Shown one piece after another: positions 23,769-29,461 of a DNA stretch of 29,461 bases (the stretch's first letter is position 1; every line of letters starts with the position of its first letter). This DNA comes from Candidatus Bipolaricaulota bacterium. Its GTDB lineage: Bacteria > Bipolaricaulota > Bipolaricaulia > RBG-16-55-9. Both the position numbers and the translations under genes were made by a program. Under the pieces are notes generated by a model. The model did not search any database. It was not told the origin of the DNA and was given only the letters and a program-made list of their open reading frames with translations. The stretch is taken from positions 1 to 29,461 of the forward strand of contig JALUUA010000251.1 of assembly GCA_027021605.1 (NCBI GenBank), given 5' to 3'.

Positions 23769-23797
23769 CCGAGCGCGGTGGACCCCGCCCCCCTCGG

Positions 23798-23827
23798 TTG
23801 ACCCCCACGGGGACCCAAGGCTACCAT
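23798..23827 (+). promoter_or_regulatory. Putative promoter of the LVIVD gene (TTGACC-N18-TACCAT)
   Basis: -35 at 23798-23803 and -10 at 23822-23827. Confidence 0.55.
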
Positions 23828-23891
23828 GCTCCGCCGGGATTGTCCGCAAAACGGTAGAACGGCACGGGAAAGGGGAGGTGAACCCGTTTCA

Positions 23892-26210
23892 ATGACGGCG
23901 ATGACGGCCCAGACCGCTCTGCCCTCCCGGGCGCTCCTGCTCCTTGCGCTCGCCGCCTTCGGGACGCTGCCGGCCGTCGTGCCCGCGAAGGGGTACCACG
24001 ACGGCTCGCTGCGCCTCCACACGTGGAACGTGGAGCTCGTCGGCCACAACGGCGAGGTGGCCCGCGTGGGCAAGGGGATCACCGAGCTGCAGGTGCGCGG
24101 ACCGTATGTTTATCTGGGCTCCCTCGGCGGGGTCCTTCTGGTCGTGAACGTCTCCGACCCCGCAAATCCCCAGCTGGTGGGGAAGCTCGCCTTCGAGGGC
24201 GGCGACATCCGCGACGTAAAGCTCCACCCCACCCGGGAGATCGCGGTGATCACCCTGCGGGTGGGCGAGCCCCCCGATCGGGGCTTTCGGATCCAGTTCC
24301 CCGGGGTCTTCGACCTCCGCTTGGGCGGGGAGACCCCCGGCGAAGAAGAGGGGGAGGGGGAGGGGGAGGGAGAAGAAGAAGAGCCCGCAGGGGACTTCTT
24401 CCGCGGGATCGTGGTGGTGGACCTCTCCGATCCGCGCAACCCCCGGGAGCTAGCGCGACTCCCGAACGTCGACGACCGGGGGGAGCCGAGCGAGGTGCAC
24501 AACCTCTACGTTGACGGGGACTACGCGTATCTGGTGGGCACGGGCCGCGGCCTGGTCGTCGTGAGCCTCCAAGACCCCGAGAACCCCCGGGAGGTTGCGG
24601 TCTTCCGCGGCTCGGGGATGTACTACCACGACGTGGTGGTAAAAAACCTCCCCAACGGGCGCCGGATCGCCTATCTTTGTGGGATCTTCACGGGGCTGCA
24701 CCTCGTGGACGTCACCGTGCCGGAGGCCCCCGTGGAGCTGGGGGTCTGGCGGGAGCCGGGCTGGCTGCAGGCTCTGACCCACTACGCCGAGCCGACGCCC
24801 TCCGGGAGGATCACGGTCGTGGGGCCGGAGCACGGCTCCGGGTACGCGGGGCGGCTCTACCTCGTGGACACCCGGGACCCCAACCGCCCGCGCCTCCTCT
24901 CGACGTGGAGCCTCCCCGGCCACGAGTGGCAGCCCTCGGGCTTCCCGCCCCAGCGATTTCAGTACCAGTGGACGCTCCACAACTTCGACGTGCGGGAGGA
25001 TCGGGTGTACCTGGCCCACTACGGCGCCGGGGTCTGGGTGATCGACATCTCCGACCCCCAAAGCCCGAGGGCGATCGCCTCCTTCGGGCCGGAGTCCTTC
25101 CGGCCTTCGGCCCTCGTCCCGGATCCGGAGCACGAGGGGCAGGAGGGGTTCCCCGTCCCCCGGGTCTGGGCCGTGGAGGAGCAGGACGGCCTCCTCTACG
25201 CGAGCGACATCTCCAGCGGGCTCTACGTTCTGAGGGTCAAGGAGGGGATCGAGAGCCCCGGGTCCCTGGAGCGCTCGCTGGGGCCGTCGGGGTGGCGCGC
25301 CGCCCCCGTCTTCGCCTCGGACCCGGAGGGAGGGCTCTACGGGCTCCAAGGGGAGCTCCTGGGCCGGTGGAAGGTGCGCGCCCGGGTGGCCCTCACCCCC
25401 TCGCTGAGCCTTCGCTACGGCATCGGGGCCCTCTACGCCCTCCGGGAGTCCACCCGCGTAGGGGGCAGCTGGCGCCACTGGCCCTCAACCCCCGTGCCCG
25501 GGTTTGCGGGCGAGACGGGCGGGCGACTTGTGTGGCGCGAGGAGGGCGAGCGGACCAAGCTCCTTGCCTCCCTCTTCGTGGGCGAGCTGTGGGGGTGGGC
25601 AGGGCAAGGAGAAGCAAACTCCCCCGAGCGCTCCCCCGCGGGCTATCTACACGGAGGGGTGAGCCGCTTCCTCAAGCTCACGCCGTGGGAGTCGTTTTCG
25701 GTGCAGCTTGACGGCCTCTACGGACGCCTGTTGGTGCTGGGCGAGTCGCCCCGGGACTTCTTCGTGGGGAGGCTCTCGATCCTGTATCGCTGGAAGGGGC
25801 TGCACCTTCGGGCGACCGTGGGCCGACGGTGGGAGGTGGCCCCCGTTGAAGAGCTGCGCTTCGGCCTAGGGGGCTTCGACTCCGAGGTGCCCGTGCGCGG
25901 CTACCCCCGCCGGGCTCTCGAGGGGGACGGCCTTCTGGCCCTGAGCGCCGAGTGGCGCTTCCCCAGCCCCATCAAGCCGAGTCCCTACTCCCCGGCCCTG
26001 GAGGCGTTCGTCTTCGTGGACGTAGGCGTGGCCCTGCCCGCGGGGGCCGGGATCGGGCTGCTCAATGAGGCGAAGTGGCTCCGGAGCCACGGCTTCGGGA
26101 TCGTCCTCTCCAACCTGGGGGACCGGGTGGGGGAAGAGCTTTCCGTGGTGGTCGCCTTCAACGACCAAGGGCAGCCGAGCCTCCAGCTCCTGCGCCGGAC
26201 GCTCTTCTAA
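23892..26210 (+). CDS. Secreted LVIVD-repeat beta-propeller fused to an Omp85/BamA-like beta-barrel
   Basis: Signal peptide; repeats LLVVNVSDPANP, IVVVDLSDPRNP, VVVSLQDPENP, LVDVTVPEAP, LVDTRDPNRP and VIDISDPQSP; C-terminal region with VRGY, FVFVDVG, HGFGI and terminal Phe. SD GGGGAGGTGA precedes ATG 23892. Confidence 0.8.
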   Translation: MTAMTAQTALPSRALLLLALAAFGTLPAVVPAKGYHDGSLRLHTWNVELVGHNGEVARVGKGITELQVRGPYVYLGSLGGVLLVVNVSDPANPQLVGKLAFEGGDIRDVKLHPTREIAVITLRVGEPPDRGFRIQFPGVFDLRLGGETPGEEEGEGEGEGEEEEPAGDFFRGIVVVDLSDPRNPRELARLPNVDDRGEPSEVHNLYVDGDYAYLVGTGRGLVVVSLQDPENPREVAVFRGSGMYYHDVVVKNLPNGRRIAYLCGIFTGLHLVDVTVPEAPVELGVWREPGWLQALTHYAEPTPSGRITVVGPEHGSGYAGRLYLVDTRDPNRPRLLSTWSLPGHEWQPSGFPPQRFQYQWTLHNFDVREDRVYLAHYGAGVWVIDISDPQSPRAIASFGPESFRPSALVPDPEHEGQEGFPVPRVWAVEEQDGLLYASDISSGLYVLRVKEGIESPGSLERSLGPSGWRAAPVFASDPEGGLYGLQGELLGRWKVRARVALTPSLSLRYGIGALYALRESTRVGGSWRHWPSTPVPGFAGETGGRLVWREEGERTKLLASLFVGELWGWAGQGEANSPERSPAGYLHGGVSRFLKLTPWESFSVQLDGLYGRLLVLGESPRDFFVGRLSILYRWKGLHLRATVGRRWEVAPVEELRFGLGGFDSEVPVRGYPRRALEGDGLLALSAEWRFPSPIKPSPYSPALEAFVFVDVGVALPAGAGIGLLNEAKWLRSHGFGIVLSNLGDRVGEELSVVVAFNDQGQPSLQLLRRTLF

Positions 26211-26265
26211 TTTAGCGGCTGCCCGGGTTCCCGTACAAAACTCGATTCGCGAGGGGAGATTCGCA

Positions 26266-27300
26266 ATGCAGGCACAGAGACAGAAGCCGAAGCCGACGAC
26301 GCAAGGAACGGTCCGGATCGAGCACGTAGAGAGCCGGGTGCTGAGGGACAACCCCTTGGGGGACCCGCACGTGCGGGAGGTGCCCGTCTACCTCCCTCCC
26401 GGCTACGAGAGCGCAGAGGAGCGCTATCCCACGATCTACTTCCTCACGGGGTTTACGGGCTTCGGGCGGGCGCTGCTCAACCGCCGCGCCTTCGAGGAGG
26501 CGCTCGACCAGAGGCTCGATCGCTTGATCCAAGAGGGGAAGATGCGCCCCGTTATTGTCGTGATGCCCGATTGCTTCACCCGCTTAGGCGGGAGCCAGTA
26601 TCTCGACTCCGAGGCCACGGGCCGCTACGAGACCCACCTCCTGGAGGAGCTGGTGCCCCTCATCGACGCAAAGTATCGCACGATCCCCGAGCGGGAGCAG
26701 CGGGCCGTGGTCGGCAAGTCGAGCGGCGGGTTTGGGGCGCTGGTGCTGGGGATGCGCCACCCCGACGTGTTCGGCGTGGTGGCCTGCCACAGCGGGGACA
26801 TGGGCTTTGAGTACTGCTACTTGCCTGACTTCCCCCCGGCGATGATCCAGCTCGAGAGGCACGGCGGCGTCGAGGGCTTCTTGGAGCACTTCTATCAAAA
26901 GCCCAAGAAGGGCCACGAGGACTTCCTCACGCTCAACGTCGTGGCGATGGCCGCCTGCTACTCGCCCAACCCCGCAAAGCCCCTACGGATTGAGCTGCCC
27001 TTCGACGAGCGGACGGGAGAGCTGCTGCCCGACGTTTGGGAGCGCTGGCTTGCGTGGGACCCGGTGCGCATGGTCGAGAGGCCCGAGTACGAGAGCGCCC
27101 TCCGCCGGCTGAGGATCTTCTTGGACTGCGGCACCAAGGACGAGTTTCGGCTCTATGCCGGGGCCCGGATGCTCTCCGCCAAGCTTCGGGCAAGGGGCAT
27201 CGAGCACGTCTACGAGGAGTTCGAGGACACGCACATGAACATCCCGTATCGCTATGACTGCTCCCTTCCGTGGATCTCGGAGTGCTTTGGGGCAGCGTAG
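26266..27300 (+). CDS. Alpha/beta-hydrolase, putative esterase family (Fes/FrmB-like)
   Basis: VYLPPGY..., YPTIYFL.G, IVVMPD, nucleophile elbow GKSSGG, FLDCG..DE and terminal H motifs. Confidence 0.88.
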   Translation: MQAQRQKPKPTTQGTVRIEHVESRVLRDNPLGDPHVREVPVYLPPGYESAEERYPTIYFLTGFTGFGRALLNRRAFEEALDQRLDRLIQEGKMRPVIVVMPDCFTRLGGSQYLDSEATGRYETHLLEELVPLIDAKYRTIPEREQRAVVGKSSGGFGALVLGMRHPDVFGVVACHSGDMGFEYCYLPDFPPAMIQLERHGGVEGFLEHFYQKPKKGHEDFLTLNVVAMAACYSPNPAKPLRIELPFDERTGELLPDVWERWLAWDPVRMVERPEYESALRRLRIFLDCGTKDEFRLYAGARMLSAKLRARGIEHVYEEFEDTHMNIPYRYDCSLPWISECFGAA

Positions 27301-27312
27301 CTTCTGCGTGGG

Positions 27313-27342
27313 TTGGCCGGGGAGGCCGCTTGTGGGTACACT
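27313..27342 (+). promoter_or_regulatory. Putative hicBA promoter (TTGGCC-N18-TACACT)
   Basis: -35 at 27313-27318 and -10 at 27337-27342. Confidence 0.55.
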
Positions 27343-27376
27343 GCTTGCGCGATGCACCATGGGGGATAAGGCGAGC

Positions 27377-27640
27377 GTGAGCGTTACGTCTTACACGTTT
27401 CGCGCGGTCCTCGAGCCGGATGAGGACGTATGGGCGGCGTACTGTCCCGCCTTGGTGGACAAGGGCGTCTCCACGTGGGGACACACCCCTGAGGAAGCCC
27501 TACGCAACCTTCAGGAAGTTCTCCAAATGGTGCTGGAGAGCCTTCGCGACCATGGGGAGCCCCTCCCTAAGGGAGACGCCGTGCAGATCTCCTCGGAGCC
27601 TCGGGTGACCGTAAACCTGACGGAGCGTGGCACCCCTTGA
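27377..27640 (+). CDS. hicB: HicB-family antitoxin, short form without DNA-binding domain
   Basis: W.AYCPAL...G.STWG.TPEEAL.NL.E.L.M.LE.L...GEPLP pattern; GTG at 27377 chosen (alternative ATG 27359). Confidence 0.85.
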   Translation: MSVTSYTFRAVLEPDEDVWAAYCPALVDKGVSTWGHTPEEALRNLQEVLQMVLESLRDHGEPLPKGDAVQISSEPRVTVNLTERGTP

Positions 27641-27893
27641 CTATCGCAAGCTCCGTAACCTCACGGCGAGACGCTTGGTCCAAGCGTTGCTTCGGGATGG
27701 CTTCGTCCTAGATCGACAGCGGGGCTCGCACCGGCACTACGTCCACCCCGATGGACGCCGGGTCACCGTTACGTTTCACCGATCCGGTGACACCTTTCGG
27801 ATCGGCACGCTCAAGCGTATGATCGAGGATCAAGCCCGGTGGACGGAGGACGATCTCAAGCGCCTGCGGTTGCTCCCTCGAAGGGATCCTTGA
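27627..27893 (+). CDS. hicA: HicA-family mRNA interferase toxin
   Basis: LV.AL..DGF..DRQRGSH.HY.HPDGRRVTV..H....GTL..M pattern; overlaps the hicB end. Confidence 0.88.
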   Translation: MAPLDYRKLRNLTARRLVQALLRDGFVLDRQRGSHRHYVHPDGRRVTVTFHRSGDTFRIGTLKRMIEDQARWTEDDLKRLRLLPRRDP

Positions 27894-27906
27894 CCCTAGG
27901 CCCGAG

Positions 27907-27936
27907 TTGCGCAACCGGTTGGGACTGTGCTAGCCT
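27907..27936 (+). promoter_or_regulatory. Putative mdh promoter (TTGCGC-N18-TAGCCT)
   Basis: -35 at 27907-27912 and -10 at 27931-27936. Confidence 0.45.
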
Positions 27937-27969
27937 AGAGCGCATTCTTAGGGAGGGGAGGCAACCTCT

Positions 27970-28905
27970 ATGCGACAAAAGGTGACCGTGGTGGGCGCGG
28001 GCTTTGTGGGGGCGACCGCGGCCCAGCGCATCGCGGAGAAAAACTTGGCCGACGTGGTGATGATCGACATCCCCGAAAAGGAGGGCCCCACCAAGGGCAA
28101 GGCCCTCGACATGCTGGAGGCCGCCCCCCTGGTGGGCTTTGAGGCCCGCATCGAGGGCACGAGCGACTACGCTGCGATGGAGGGCTCCGACGTCGTCGTG
28201 GTCACGGCCGGGGTGCCAAGAAAGCCCGGCATGACCCGGGAAGACCTCATCAACATCAACACGAACATCATCAAGAGCGTCACGGAGCAGGTCGTGAAGT
28301 ACGCCCCCGAGGCGATTTACATTGTGGTGACGAACCCGCTGGACGCGATGGTCTACGCGGCCTACAAACTCAGCAGCTTCCCGCCGGAGCGGGTGATCGG
28401 GCAATCGGGGGCCTTAGATTCCACCCGCTTTCGCGCCTTCATCGCGATGGAGCTGGGGGTCTCGATGCGGGACGTCCACGCCTTGGTAATCGGGGGCCAC
28501 ACGGACGTGGGGATGGTCCCGTTGGTGAGCTGCTCCTCCGTGGCGGGCATCCCGCTTACGAAGCTCCTGCCCAAGGACAGAATCGACGCGCTGGTGGAGC
28601 GCACCCGCAAGGGCGGGACGGAGATCGTCCAGCTGCTGCAAGACGGGAGCGCGTACTACGCCCCCTCGGCGGGCGTGGCCGCGATGGTCGAAGCCATCCT
28701 GCTGGACGAGAAAAGAGTGATCCCCTCGGCCTGCTACCTGAGGGGCGAGTACGGCATCCAGGATCTGTATTTAGGCGTCCCCGCGGTGCTGGGGGCCAAG
28801 GGTGTGGAGAAAATCTTGGAGATCGAGCTGGCCCCGGAGGAGCGGGAGCAGCTCCAGAAGGCCGCCGAGATCGTCCGCGAGACCGCGAGCAAGGTCACGC
28901 TGTAA
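27970..28905 (+). CDS. mdh: Malate dehydrogenase (LDH-like MDH)
   Basis: [26 protein letters not shown] (Arg at the specificity position), [17 protein letters not shown] and GSAYYAP motifs. Confidence 0.93.
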   Translation: MRQKVTVVGAGFVGATAAQRIAEKNLADVVMIDIPEKEGPTKGKALDMLEAAPLVGFEARIEGTSDYAAMEGSDVVVVTAGVPRKPGMTREDLININTNIIKSVTEQVVKYAPEAIYIVVTNPLDAMVYAAYKLSSFPPERVIGQSGALDSTRFRAFIAMELGVSMRDVHALVIGGHTDVGMVPLVSCSSVAGIPLTKLLPKDRIDALVERTRKGGTEIVQLLQDGSAYYAPSAGVAAMVEAILLDEKRVIPSACYLRGEYGIQDLYLGVPAVLGAKGVEKILEIELAPEEREQLQKAAEIVRETASKVTL

Positions 28906-28922
28906 GCATAGGAGGGGTCCCT

Positions 28923-29234
28923 ATGGACGCGCTGGGCATCGCCGGGATAGGACTCATAAGCGTAGGCATAGTGCTTCTTCTGGCAGCAGTCCTCCCGCTT
29001 TTCATTCGCTACGTCCGCCGTCTGCCCGAATCCGAACGAAGAAGGCTCTCCTGGGCCGCTGCAGCCTATGGGGGCGTTTGTTTGGCGAGCCTGCTGGTTA
29101 TGGCAAGCTTTGCCGGGGGCGGGCTCGCGAGGATATGGATAGCATGGTTTGCCGTGCTTATGCCGATCTTCGGCTCGCTCACGCTCCTGCAGCAGCTGCT
29201 GAGCACCCTTTCGGCCCAGGGAAGGAAGTCCTAG
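28923..29234 (+). CDS. Small membrane protein with about 3 TM helices, unknown function
   Basis: Three hydrophobic segments and SD AGGAGGG before the ATG. Confidence 0.7.
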   Translation: MDALGIAGIGLISVGIVLLLAAVLPLFIRYVRRLPESERRRLSWAAAAYGGVCLASLLVMASFAGGGLARIWIAWFAVLMPIFGSLTLLQQLLSTLSAQGRKS

Positions 29235-29241
29235 TTAAGTT

Positions 29242-29461
29242 ATGAGCTTTCACGTGCTCTTAGCTCGGCCGCGGGGCTTCTGTCGCGGGGTGGAGAACGC
29301 GATCCGCATCGTGGAGATCGCGCTGGAGCTGGTGGGCCCGCCCCTGTACGTCAAGCACGCCATCGTCCACAACCGCTTCGTCATTGAAGGCTTCGAGCGC
29401 CGAGGTGTTGTTTTTGTTGAGAAAGTCGAGGAGATCCCCGAGGGGTCTATAGCGGTGTTCA
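29242..29461 (+). CDS. ispH: 4-hydroxy-3-methylbut-2-enyl diphosphate reductase, 5' part only
   Basis: Manual translation MSFHVLLARPRGFCRGVENAI...YVKHAIVHNRFV...GVVFVE..EEIPEG matches the IspH PRGFCxGV and IVHN motifs; runs off the right edge. Confidence 0.92.
   Translation, partial: MSFHVLLARPRGFCRGVENAIRIVEIALELVGPPLYVKHAIVHNRFVIEGFERRGVVFVEKVEEIPEGSIAVF

Noticed and set aside
27301-27900. Mobile element boundaries around hicBA
   Set aside because: No terminal inverted repeats, target duplication, integrase or transposase visible.

Overview
High-GC bacterial chromosome segment, probably diderm: it encodes Tat, lipoprotein and outer-membrane-barrel-like proteins. A Bipolaricaulota/Acetothermia-like thermophile is my unverified guess. 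Left to right it contains: (1) the 5' part of a type I-C-like cas3 (HD nuclease plus SF2 helicase) running off the left edge, which the ORF track misses; (2) pth-rplY-prs; (3) a MacB/FtsX-type permease and an exported hypothetical protein; (4) a candidate CRP/FNR-activated sRNA on the + strand; (5) DUF1028, a PKD-PKD-cupredoxin lipoprotein, pcm, recX, recA and a small beta-barrel protein; (6) a Liv-type ABC transporter with a Tat-exported binding protein, and a secreted beta-helix protein; (7) a divergent operon of an IorA-like ThDP enzyme lacking its Fe-S ligands and beta subunit, LutC, a LutB-LutA fusion and an SDR; (8) orphan frr, an LVIVD-propeller/Omp85-like barrel fusion, an esterase, a hicB-hicA toxin-antitoxin pair, mdh, a small membrane protein and the start of ispH. 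No CRISPR array, tRNA, rRNA or transposase is visible. The strongest leads are the sRNA cassette at 6101-6227, the IorA-like/Lut/SDR operon, the LVIVD-Omp85 fusion, and a GAG-NN repeat with switchable hairpins upstream of the ABC binding protein. All calls come from motif recognition by eye; no database searches or folding programs were run.
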